Shown: positions 50,556-62,512 of the stretch, in pieces
Numbering within the stretch: the stretch's first letter is position 1
Layout: each line of letters opens with the position of its first letter
Assembly: GCA_038087875.1 (NCBI GenBank)
Contig: CM075978.1
Coordinates: forward strand, 176,328,001 to 176,392,000
Length of the DNA: 64,000 bases
Direction of reading: 5' to 3'
DNA from: Malacoraja senta
Taxonomy: Eukaryota
The notes under the pieces: model-generated
Databases searched by the model: none
The model's input: only the letters and a program-made list of their open reading frames with translations
Told to the model about the DNA's origin: nothing
Position numbers and translations under genes: made by a program

Positions 50556-52584
50556 GGCGATGTTGCCGACCCATGGACTAAACCAAGCCCTTGAATCTGT
50601 CCCACCATCCTTTTTTCAACATTTAGCGACTTAAATTGGGGGTGCGTCTTCGACGCAGGTGTGTCTTCATTGCCGGGAAATATGGTATTTATTTGAGCAT
50701 CAACCGAAGGTGAAATCTGTGCGGTATTAAATTGAAGTTCCCAGAGCTTGCAAATTAAAATGTAATTCTGTTATAATCCATTATTTTCTTAAACAAGTGG
50801 AAATGTTTGGAATTGGTTTCATTTGAACATTGATTTTATACCCCTCATGTTTTTCAAGAGCTAAGCTAACCTTTAACAATCGGAAAAACAGTTTTCTATT
50901 TCACTGTATAAAGGTGTTTATTCCTTTACTGCCTCTCCTTATGAAGATAGTTTCCAGTATAGGTGGTTCTGATATAATGCAGGTTTCCATTATGCTAATT
51001 GGAAGTAACATAATTGATGAACACTATTTGTAATACACGGACCGAATTGCTTATGTCATTTTGATCAAGAACTAGAAAACCACAAGCTATTTTGGAAATT
51101 TAAAGCAGGAAAAAAAAACTGCCCAGGGGGGGAAAAAATACTGTTTCCATGTCTTCTCCCTGCAGTAATCAGATACTATTGTGTCTTAAGAACACATGCT
51201 GCTAATTTCATCAGAGGAAGCCATTGGTATTCACAAACAATTGCTTCTATTGATACGTGCAATGATGTTCTTATTTAACAATGTAATGCAGCCTTTTGTA
51301 CCTTTAGCTTGCATTAGCAAAAATAAACTTACAGGTATTAAAAATCCCTTTTAAAAAAAAAATCCTGCAGGGTAAAAAAACATTTTTTATGAGTATGAAA
51401 TTCACTAGTCCCTTTCACCCTTTACTCCATTGTTTTTGTAACTCAATTCTCTGCAGCACCGTTTCTTCGAAACAAAGTTATCGCATTATAGAAGAACTGC
51501 CTGTACGTTGTATAAATGAAGATTTTCGTTAACAAGCATCAGCAGAAATTTAACATTTGAAATTCGCCACATTTGATTAAGGCCCACGAGCCTCTTCCAC
51601 ACTTCAGACTGCTGACCTGTATCTTAATTCCATTCATCCCCTTTTGTTACTGAGATTAATGGCCTGATTAATAATAAGCTGTTGTACTCTGAAAATTTCA
51701 ATTTATTTAAGATAATAGCTTTCAGGGGTGGAGATTGTAAGTGTGGGGGTGTGTTGGGAAGTTGTTTGGGGAGTTCCAAATTTTCCACACTTAGTTGTAT
51801 GAATAAATGCCTCCAGCCAAACTCTAATTTGAAGGTGTTGCTCTCTTTTTCTGGACTCCTGTTAAGCTTGTGCTCACTGAATTTATCGCAACTCCATCAC
51901 ATCCTTTCTCAGTTAACTGACAAACATACACTTCCATTTAGTTTAAATGGATTATAGTTACAAGATGTGTGTCTTGGGAATTTTCATTTTGATGCTGCTT
52001 TACTCCTGTCAATTGTAGTGTTTTGTTTGATCTCGTTGGGAAGTTAACTCTTGGGAATTGTAAACCAGTATCACGGCCTCCTTGTTCGATTATGGATCAG
52101 AGACTTGACTAAGGACACTGAATGAGCTTTTGTCTATTTAAAGACCACAGTAAAATTGATCAGTGATATTCTTAAATCATTTTAGCAGTTAAAGCAGCAT
52201 ATTTAGATATTTTTGCCTAGAATTAATTCATTATTCATGGTTTCCCTGTAGCTTTTCTCATAGGATTACTTGGAGAAGGGAGTATCCAAATGTACTCCTA
52301 AAACTAGCTAGTAATCGAGTGTGTTTTAACTCAAATGTTCAGCAATAATTATAATTCAAGTGGAACCAAATCTGAAATACTTCTAGCAAACATGCTGAAA
52401 ATTTTTCACTGCCCTGTCCCGTTAATTAATTAATTAATTACTTGACATTGAATTGGGATGAAAGTCCAGTGCTGGCAAGTGTACTGTCTATTGCTCATTT
52501 GTAAGTTTGTGGCTTTGCATGTATGGTGCAATGGCATTTAGCAAATGGGTTTTGATGAGATTCTTTTCATTCTGCTCTGCACAG

Positions 52585-52709
52585 CTGACCTTTCTCAGGT
52601 ATGGCCGGAGGCAAATCAGCACTTTAGCAAGGAGATTGATGATGAAGCAAACAGTTACTTCCAGCGAATTTACAACCATCCACCCCATCCTACCATGTCT
52701 GTTGATGAG
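52585..52709 (+). CDS. CNOT1: CNOT1 exon (ex20 eq.), (S/T)[41 protein letters not shown]
   Basis: gcacag|CT...GAG|gttagt; 125 nt, phase 1/0. Confidence 0.97.
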
Positions 52710-53598
52710 GTTAGTATCGTGGCAACTGAATGTTAAAAATCCATATGCCGTCATTTTAGATGCACCTGATGAGTAACTGATAGCAAAGTGCACTTGCTGA
52801 AGCCGCACTGAGTTAGGTTCTAATTTACCTGCTCGGGTGCAAGATACTTAGAAAATTAGAACGTGAAAAAGTACTGATTGCAAATCACTGTGTACATGGA
52901 TGTATATTTTGATCGTGAGAGATGTTCGAGAGCTAATTTAAGCATTGTGCTCTTACAAATAAACACAATTTGTGTACATGGACTTCACGTAATGCAGTTA
53001 CGAAAGCTTATCGAAATTAGTTTTTAAAAATCCAGTATGTGTAACTTAAGTATATGATGATAGGATCATGCAGTTGCTAATAATGGCCTCTTGCATATCC
53101 CAGAATTGGAAGGGCCCAGGACCCTGCAGTTTATTGGATTTGAAATTACATGGGAAAGGTCTTTTGAAGATAATTTCAGACTACATCGTTATACCTTTAT
53201 AAAGGCAAACCATTTTCCATTAGACCGTTTAAGAATATTGATATTCTTCTTGCTTAACAATGTGATTACAACTTATAGTAGTCATTTTTGTAATTGCATG
53301 AGCACCCCACCCCTCCTACACCTATATTGAACACTTAAAACATGTTCACATGATATTGGAAATGAGGTTATCTGTCAAAAAAACTGATCAGCTCATTTTA
53401 GTCATCCTGAGATTCTGGAACTCAAACCACACTGTAGAGTTTTTGTTAGGTGAGAGATGAAGCAGAAACACAAATCAGCTGGGGATTAATTGAATGGTGA
53501 ATAAAGCCAATATGGCTGAAGGAGCTGTTTTTTGACCATTAATTGTCGTGACAACCCAGAAAAATGTTGCTGATTTAAATTTGCTCTTCTTTCATCAG

Positions 53599-53885
53599 GT
53601 ACTGGAGATGCTGCAGAGGTTTAAGGATTCCACTATTAAGCGTGAAAGGGAAGTTTTTAACTGCATGCTTCGTAATCTGTTTGAAGAGTACCGGTTCTTC
53701 CCCCAGTATCCAGATAAAGAGCTGCACATCACAGCCTGCCTATTTGGTGGAATTATTGAGAAGGGCCTGGTCACATATATGGCATTGGGACTTGCACTGC
53801 GCTATGTTCTTGAGGCTTTGCGTAAACCGTTCGACTCCAAGATGTACTACTTTGGTATTGCTGCACTAGACAGATTTAAAAACAG
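53599..53885 (+). CDS. CNOT1: CNOT1 exon (ex21 eq.), [16 protein letters not shown]...ALDRFKN(R); part of the TTP-binding HEAT domain
   Basis: catcag|GTA...AACAG|gtatgt; 287 nt, phase 0/2. Confidence 0.97.
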
Positions 53886-54189
53886 GTATGTTTTGTTCAA
53901 ATTGTTTTAATAGGTTTCACATAGGTACAGCTTCACTTCACTTCATTAAAAAAAAATGTGGGAAGGGCAATAAACACCTATTAACATTAGAGTCGGGAGT
54001 ATAATTGATTGTACTATTTTATTTTTTGTAGGGATTGATCTATTTAATATAACATCATTGATATCTTGCATTAGGTCACTTCAGACAAAGTTAAATTATC
54101 CTTGAACATCTAGGCTGTAATCGAATGTCTCCATAGAACGATTAGTTCCATTGAGCATCCATGCCTCAAAGTGCAGATATGTGCAATGG

Positions 54190-55565
54190 ATAGCCTGACA
54201 TCGGTGGTGGGGAAGATGCTGGACTCAATTAAAAAAGATGAAACAGCGGCACATTTGGATAGCAGTAACAGGATCGGACCGAGTCAGCATGGATTTACGA
54301 AGGGGAAATCATGCTTGACTAATCTGGCATTTTTTGAAGATGTAACTAAGAAAATGGACAAGGGAGAGCCAGTGGATGTAGTGTACCTGGACTTTCAGAA
54401 AGCATTTGATAAGGTACCAACCACATAGGAGATTAGTGGGCAAAATTAGGGGACATGGTATTGGGGTTAGAAAATTGATAGAAAATGGGTTGGCAGACAG
54501 GAAACAAAGAGTAGGGATTAACAGGTCCCTTTCAGAATGGCAAGCAGTGACTAGTGGGGTACCGCAATGCTCGGTGCTGGAACTGCAGCTATTTACAATA
54601 TACATCAATGATTTGGATGAAGGGATTCAAAGTAACATTAGCAAATTTGCAGATGACACAAAGCTGGGTGGCAGTGTGAACTGTGAGGAGGATGCTATGA
54701 GAATGCAGGGTGACTTGGACAGGTTGGGGGAGTGGGCAGATGTATGGCAGATGGAGTTTAAACTGGATAAATGTGATGTTATCCACTTTGGTATCAAAAA
54801 CAGGAAGGCAGATTACTATCTAAATGGCGTCAAGTTAGGAAAAGGTGAAGTACAATGGGATCTGGTGGTCCTTGTTCATCAGTCTGAAAGTAAGCATGCA
54901 GGTACAGCAGGCAGTGAAGAAAGCGAATGGCATGTTCGCCTTTATAACAAGAGGAGTCGGGTATAGGAGCAAATAGGTCCTTCTGCAGTTATACAGGGCC
55001 CTAGTGAGACCACACCTGGAGTATTGTGTGCAGTTTTGGTCCCCTAATTTGAGGAAGGTCATTCTTGCTATTGAGGGAGTGCAGCGTATGTTTACAGGGT
55101 TAATTCCCGGGATGGCGGGACTGTCATGTGCTGAGAGAATGGAATGGCTGGGCTTGTACACTCTGGAGTTTAGAAGGATGAGAGGGTATCTTATTGAAAC
55201 ATAAGATTGTTAAGGGTTTGGACACGCTAGAGGCAGGAAACATGTTACCGATGTTGGGGGAGTCCAGAACCAGGGGCCACAGTTTAAGAATAAGGGCTAA
55301 GCCATTTAGAACGAAGATGAGAAAACACTTTTTCTCACAGAGAGTTGTGAGTGTGGAATTCTCTGCCTCAGAAGGCGGTGGAGGCCGGTTCTCTGGATAC
55401 TTTCAAGAGGGAGCTAGATAGGGCTCTTAAAGATAGCGGAGTCAAGGGATATGGGGAGAAGGCAGGAACGGGGTACTGATTGTGGATGATCAGCCATGAT
55501 CATATTGAATGGCGGTCCTGGCCCTAAGGGCCGAATGGCCTACTCCTGCACCTATTGTCTATTGA
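54190..55565 (+). mobile_element. CR1 LINE, 5'-truncated, relatively young (RT pseudogene plus 3' UTR)
   Basis: SQHGFTKGKSCLTNL, VVYLDFQKAFDKVP, SGVPQ, KFADDTKL, RPHLEYCVQFWSP; ends CCTACTCCTGCACCTATTGTCTATTG. Confidence 0.95.
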
Positions 55566-55869
55566 TACTTGTCCTTTTTTAGGTGGGCAAAGTGAAATTG
55601 TCACTATTTTGGGCAATGATTATTGGCCAAATTGTTATGAAAATGATTATAATGTACGCATCTTTACTCGGTGGGCGTGCTGTGCAAAGTAATTGCAAAA
55701 TGTTGAAGTTCCCCATACCCCTTAATTCAAAATCTTCCAAAAATGTATCTACTTCCTTTTATATATCCCCAAAGATTGAGATTTCACAATCATTTAGAGT
55801 AGAGGGTTCCAGTTCCCCCTTTTCCACTAATTTCTATGCAACTCGGTTTTAAATGACCTCTGTCTAATC

Positions 55870-56520
55870 TTGCAACAGGGCCCTCTCACTTAAGATCTTC
55901 TGCGTGGAAGTATCTGGACACATCATCACTCATTCTTCTAAGCTCCAAAGAATATAGATCTGATTGGTAATGGAGGCAATCTAAAAGTATTCACAAGGCG
56001 AGTTCCTGAGATTACCTCTTTTGGATTGCCTCCATTGCCAATATATTCCTTTTGTGCATGGTACTCCAGGTGTGGCCTCACTGTGTTCAATTGTATAATT
56101 GCCTTCCCATTTTTCCAATCCTCGTGCAAAAAAGCTAATGCGCTATTTTCCCTCCGAACCACTTGCCACACCTGCCCGCTATCTTTATGATTCATGCTCA
56201 AGAATACCTAGTCCTTCAGTATTTAACTCAAATTTTTCTCCATTTAGATAATTCATCATTAGATTTCCTTAATAATGTGCATGACCTCGCTCTTCTCTCA
56301 TTAAACTCCATGTGATAGCTTCCTACCCACTCACTCAACCTATCTATATCCTGGTGGAGTCGAGATGTCATTGCATCATGCCCTTCCACCTATTTATGAC
56401 AAACTTGCATATCCTACTGCCCTGCCTCCAGGTCGTTAATATGTATTGTAAATAGTTGAGCGACAAGAGCTAGGCTTTGATGCATTCCACTAGTTACATC
56501 CCTCCAGCTTGGAAAAAAGG
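55870..56520 (-). mobile_element. Old CR1 fragment
   Basis: VRPHLEY motif on the minus strand; boundaries approximate. Confidence 0.55.
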
Positions 56521-57208
56521 GGAGGACTGTTTTAACTTATTATTCAAGGTACAAAAATAACTGTCAAACTTAAAAAAACAGTGATCATCTGAACTCCAGT
56601 TCCAATAATTTCATAAGCAGTTGTCTTTCACCTGTATCACTTTTTATCCTCTAGTTGAATACTGCCTAGTCCAGATATGTTAAAATTTCAATTAGAGTTG
56701 TACTTTTTGTACCATAATGATAAACCATTGATGGAATTTGTTTCCTCTCACTTTGCCACAGTCCTCAAACTCTCATGGATGTTGTCAGGACAGGAAAAAT
56801 TTCGCAATAAGAAAACATTGGATAGGCTGTGAGGGGAGACCTAATTGAGGTATATAGAATTGAGGTGCCTGATAGAGTAAATAGGAAGGACCTATTGATA
56901 ATTGATTTTAAAGAAGTTGATAGATGGATTGAAAGAGAAATGAAGACTTTTAAACCCAGAACATGGTGGGTAGCTGTATCTTGTTGCCTGAATGGATGCT
57001 CTTTGCAGAAATGCTGATTTCTTTTAAAAATTACGGACGCTTGTATGAAGAACTGTGATATGGACAGAGTATGAATCTAGTAGCTGTCTTCAGCTGGTAC
57101 AGACTCAATGGGCTGAATATCTTTCACTGGTTGTAGTCTTTTAAGTGCTGTAAGTTTTTATAACTTTTATGATTCTCCAACCACAAAGAGAAAATAGGTT
57201 ACAGGGAA

Positions 57209-57550
57209 TGTTTAAGAAAGAACTGCAGATGCTGGAAAAATTGAAGGTAGACAAATAATGCTGGAGAAACTCAGCGGGTGAGCACCTCACATTTCGCTTA
57301 GGTAGTTTACACCCCAGCGGTATGAACATTGACCTCTAATTTTAGATATCCCTTGCTTTCTCCCTCCTTCTCCTCCCCCTTCCCAGCTCTCCCACAAAAC
57401 CTACTGTCTCCTCCTCTTCCTTTCTTCTCCCCCCCGCCCCACCGACATCGGTCTGAAGAAGGGTCTCAACTCGAAACGTCACCCATTCCTTCTCTCAGAA
57501 ACTCAGCTGCTGCCTCACCCGCTGAGTTTCTCCAGCATTTTTTGTCTACC
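57209..57550. mobile_element. Penelope-derived insertion with inverted terminal segment
   Basis: Inverted tail 57209-57282, then sense GIY-YIG end/pLTR; perfect 15-bp TSD ATAGGTTACAGGGAA at 57194-57208 and 57551-57565. Confidence 0.88.
57453..57480 (+). ncRNA. Minimal type-I hammerhead ribozyme motif (Penelope-associated)
   Basis: GGU-CUGAAGA-A-GGGU(CUCA)ACUC-GAAA-CGUC-ACC; GUC triplet, 3-bp stem I. Confidence 0.6.
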
Positions 57551-58459
57551 ATAGGTTACAGGGAAATAATTGGGGGACTAATCAGCATGTTCTGAGTTAG
57601 CATATGCTTGAAGAATCCCTTCATAAATTGTAAGGAAACATGAAAAACCTCTCCCTCTCCCTCTCCCTCACACATTTCTCACTGTCTGTCGTATGTATTG
57701 TACATAACTGCAAATAGACCACTTTTGCTGTTAACCCTGGATTCTTTCAGGTATCTGCCAATGGCTCTTTCCTTATTCTTAACTAAAAACAAAATCATTG
57801 TTTGTCCTCGTCCACAAATTCTATTCCAATTCACCTTCATGAAATTGAACCTAATGATTTGCAACATTAGTTCTGATCCCAAACTGAGGATTTTTTTTTG
57901 CCTTTTCAACGGCATGACCTGAAATTTTTTTGTTTTTTGTTTGTTTCCCATCCCTCTCCCTATTCCTGTATCTGTCTTTCTTTCAAATACTCTCCTTAAA
58001 ATATCTCTGAACAATGTAATCTCTAATTTGATCTGTTTTTGTCTGTGAAGAGCTTTGGGATATTTGACTACTGTTTTTATTTTATTGGTTATGCAATTTT
58101 GCGAGTTGATTGGGGAACTTGGGCAAGTAGGAAAATTACAACATGTTAATCTTCGGATTTCACTCTGGTGAGGTACAGTACAAATGTGAGAATTTATAGC
58201 AAGGTCAAGGATTTGTATTACAATCACCCTGTCCATAGACTTGTTGATAAATGTGTTCTTCTGCTTCCATGTTTGAAGTGGTTATTTGTTCTGCTGTCGT
58301 GATAGCGATTCATAGAATTAATGAGCATAAAAGAAAGCAATTTGGCCCATCAATCCTCTTAGTTCTTTTATTCACCTGTCAAATTTTTACATGTGTCCAC
58401 TCCCCAAGCTATTCTTATTTATTTATATGATTTGTTCTCAATGTTACAATTGAATCTCC

Positions 58460-59845
58460 TCCAAATCCAAAGCGTGGCTGTGGGCACGCGCATGGGCCCC
58501 AGCTAGGCCTGTCTCTTTGTAGGGTACGTCGAACAATCCTTGTTCGAGGCGTACCGTGGCCCTATCCCTGAACTCTACCTCCACTACATTGACGACTGCA
58601 TTGGTGCTACCTCCTGCACCCATGCAGAACTCACTGACTTCATCCATTTCACCACTAACTTCCATCCGGCACTCAAATTCACCTGGACCATATCCCAACC
58701 GTTTCTAGACCTCACCATCTCCATCGCAGGTAACAGACTCTGATCGACATCTACTACAAACCCACTGACTCCCCTGGCTATCTGGACAACACTTCTTCCC
58801 ACCCTGCTTCCTGTAAAGACTCTATCCCCTACTCCCAATTCCTCCGTCTTCGCCGCATCTGCACCCAGGGTGAGGTGTTCCAGACCAGGGCATCGGAGAT
58901 GTCCTCATTCTTTAGGAAACAGGGGTTCCCCCTTCTATTATAGATGAGGCTCTCACCAGGGTCTCCTCTATATCCCGCAGCTCTGCTCTCACTCCCCATC
59001 CCCCTACTCGGAACAAAGACAGAGTCCCCCTTGTCCTCACCTTCCACCCTACCAGCCGTCGCATACAACATCTAATCCTCCGACATTTTCTCCACCTCCA
59101 ACGGGATCCCACCACTAGCCACATCTTTCTTTCTCCTCCCCTGTCTGCTATCTGCAGATACCTTTCCCTCCATAACTCCCTGGTCAATTCGTCCCTTCCC
59201 ACCCAAACCACCCCACCCCGGTACTTTCCCTTGCAACCGCAGGAAATGCTGCACTTGTTGCTTTACCTCCCTCCTCGACTCCATCCAATGACCCCAGCAG
59301 TCTTTCCAGGTGAGGCAGAGGTTCACCTGCACCTCCTCTACTGCATCTGCTGTTCCAGGTGTCAACTGCTCTACATCGGTGAGACCAACACCTCCGCTCA
59401 GTTCGCATAACCAACCTGATCTCCCGGTGGCTCAGCACTTCAACTCCCCCTCCCATTCTGAATCCGACCTTTCTGTCCTGGGCCTCCTCCATTGCCAGAG
59501 TGAGGCCCGGCGCAAATTGGAGGAACAGCACCTCATATTTCGCTTGGGTAGTGTACACCCCAGGAGTATGAACATTGACTTCTCTAATTTCAGGGAGTCC
59601 TTGCTTTCTCCCTCCTTCCCCTCCCCTTCCCAGCTCTCCCACAAGCCTACTGTCTCTGCTCCTTCCTTTCTAGCCCCCCCACCTCTTCAGACATCAGACC
59701 CTTCTTCAGACATCAGTCTGAAGAAGGGTCTCAACCCAAAACGTCGCCTATTCCTTTGCTCCATAGATGCTGCCTCACCCGCTGAGTTTCTCCAGCATTT
59801 TTGTCTACCTTCGATTTTTCCAGCATCTGCAGATCTTTCTTACAC
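58460..59845 (+). mobile_element. Penelope-like retroelement, 5'-truncated (RT plus GIY-YIG pseudogene)
   Basis: VAVGTRMGPS, LYLHYIDDCIGAT, FHPALKFT, PFLDL, YYKPTDS, IPYSQFLRLRRIC, VAQHFNSPSHS; 11-bp TSD ATTGAATCTCC at 58449-58459 and 59846-59856. Confidence 0.93.
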
Positions 59846-61818
59846 ATTGAATCTCCCCTATCCTTTCAGGTAGCAAAAGCTAGATCGGAAATGTGCAAGT
59901 GAAAATAAGCAAAAAAACAGATGCTAAAATGTAAAATACAAACAGAAATGCTGCAAACACTCATGGGTTCCGGCCATATCGGTGGGAAGAGAAACAGTTA
60001 ACATTTCTTGTCAAAGACTCTTCATCACAACTTGAGGACAATTTAAGCCTTTTCTGGTTCTTTGCCAATCACTTTAAACATTTGTGTTCCTTGTACTGGT
60101 CCTTTGGCACTGAAAATCTTTTGGCTGAAAGTATTTGTTTTCATTGCCCCAGCTAAGTATCCTCATGTCCTTCAATTTACAGGAGGCCAACCTCAACATC
60201 TGAACATATACTTAGTCCCTAAGCATTGATGCAATTCTCATAAATCTGTTTCTATACTACTTTTTGACATCTGTCTTAGCATTTCTAGAATTAAATGTTC
60301 TTGAAGTCTAATTGGTGTTTTATAAAACGTTACCATTATTTTCTAATTTTGCTCTGAGGTACTAAATACAAATGTTAGAATTTATTTTGAAGTCAAAGAT
60401 TTGTATGACAAACAACCAGTCCATGGACTTGTATATAAATCTGTTCTTTTACTTCCATGTTTGGCAATCTGATTAACCAAAGGATGTTCAAATAACCAAG
60501 GACTTTCCTTCTTACCGTTTTTAACACTGGACCATTCTAACCACAGTTTAACTGTTCCTGCCTAAATGTATTAATGTATGCAGCACTACAACATGCAGCA
60601 GATTAAAAAAAATTGATGGCAATATAGTAGGCAGTCAAGATTAGGTTGGCTTTCTGCAGAGAAGCCCATTAATCCTGCTAGCTGGAAGATGCAAGAATCT
60701 GGAGCAAAAAATGAACTGCTGGAAGAACTCTATGGGTCGGGCATCATCTGTTGTGGCAAAGGGATGGTCAGCATTTAGTGTTGAGAAGCTGTAGGGTGGA
60801 AGCAAGGTCTTGAATCGTCAAGCCATGTTTTAATTCTCATCAAGGGATTATCCCTTTTCCTTTTGAGGATGTTGATCAACTCTGCCTCCACCACAAGTGT
60901 AAGCTTTAATTTTGAGGTCTTTGTTTAAACAAAAAAGTTATTTTTCACAAGTCTCTATCTCTTGGGACAACCTTAAAACTGTGTTCCCTTGCCTTTGTCC
61001 CATCAGCCAATGAGAACGTTTTTTCATTTACTTTTTCTGAACCGATCATAATTTTAAGTCGCCAAAAAATGTTCCCTCTACAACCTTTGCTCCAAGGACA
61101 AACTCACCGTCTCAACCTAAACGTAGTTATGATTCCTCTATCCTCGGATCCCTTCTGATAAATGTCTTTGACAGCTTTTCAAGGGCCTTGTAAAGTTTCT
61201 AAAGTTTGATCAGAGCTCTATTTAGGCCTCAGATTGTGATTAGTTCAATAGTATAGCTCAAACGTCTCTTACGTAATATCTCTGCTTTTGAAATTCAAAG
61301 TTCTATTTTGTTTGCTAACTACTTATTCAGTATGAATCACAAAGATCTATGCACATAAAGAGTGTAAGTTTCACCCATACTGCACACTTTGAGTATGGGT
61401 GAAACTTATTGCCTATAATCCCCACAGTGAAAACATGTAATTTTATGCTTCTCTTGTATCTCATCGATCAAACGTGGCCCAAATCTGAAATTTCTGTTCT
61501 TCAAATTGATCTCTTTGGTGAAATATTCAAGCACTAAGATTTTAGCCAGGTAATAGGTATTGTGGAATTGGGCACAATTTATTTGAAATGCTTGATATCA
61601 ATGAATTAAGGGAATACTTGCATTGATTTCTGAAGATTGGGAGGGCAAGTGATGCTGTGCTTTTCTATTAAAACCTCAAAGTTAATTGAATTCATAATGG
61701 TCGACATTTTTTGAAAATACATATTTAATTATATTCCTGTATATATTGATGGTCTTCTTGTGAATGCCTATCTAAACAGTTTACCAAATTACTCTAACAA
61801 AGAATTTTGTGATTGTAG

Positions 61819-61897
61819 ATTGAAGGACTATCCTCAGTATTGTCAACATTTAGCTTCTATTGGCCACTTTTTACAGTTTCCTCATCATTTACAGGAG
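61819..61897 (+). CDS. CNOT1: CNOT1 exon (ex22 eq.), (R)[26 protein letters not shown]
   Basis: ttgtag|A TTG...GAG|gtaagc; 79 nt, phase 2/0. Confidence 0.96.
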
Positions 61898-62512
61898 GTA
61901 AGCAGTACTTCAATAATGGTCTGAGTGTTTGTGTAACTCATTGCTTACTCTTAATTGCTGACAGCTGAACCAGTTGTCTTCATGGCTGAGGTACCATTTG
62001 TGAGCCTCTGATGTATCACCTTTTATGTGTTGTTTCTGTACCACTGGAATGTGATTTTGATGAATTTATGTTATACACCACAGATACAGATAGCTCAAAC
62101 CATTTAGCGATAATGATTATAATTCAGTTGGATTTAGTGTAGTTGTGGAATGTGTCAAATTTGGAGGGGTTAAAAGTTCTCTATTGAAGTAGAGTTTTAT
62201 CAGGCTGTGATGCTATTTAGCAAAAGTGAGTTGAAAATTATTACTTTAGTGTTGATGGTATTCATAACAGAGATGGAGAAAGCTTAAGACAGTTGTATTA
62301 CCAATAAGCAAAAATGCAAGGTATCCAAAACTCCAATCCCTGAGCTTTTGCCATCCCAGGGTGCTCAATACTACCAAGTTCTTTCAAGCATTGAAAATAC
62401 TATTTAAGAATGAAAAGAAAAATGTGTGCAATAAGAACTTGAATATTTATATTGGAAAGTAAAATCAAGGAATGCCCAATGCAGATGGAATTAACTATGT
62501 GGAATTACAAAT

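Larger units (their letters stand above)
49147..50685 (+). mobile_element. Tc2/Kanga-like non-autonomous DNA transposon carrying satellites
   Basis: 25-bp TIRs CCGTATTTACCGGCAATAAAGACGC / GTGTCTTCATTGCCGGGAAATATGG (21/25 match), TA TSD, no transposase. Confidence 0.82.

Noticed and set aside
57679-58236. 185-aa minus-strand ORF
   Set aside because: No recognisable motif; AT-rich decayed repeat sequence.
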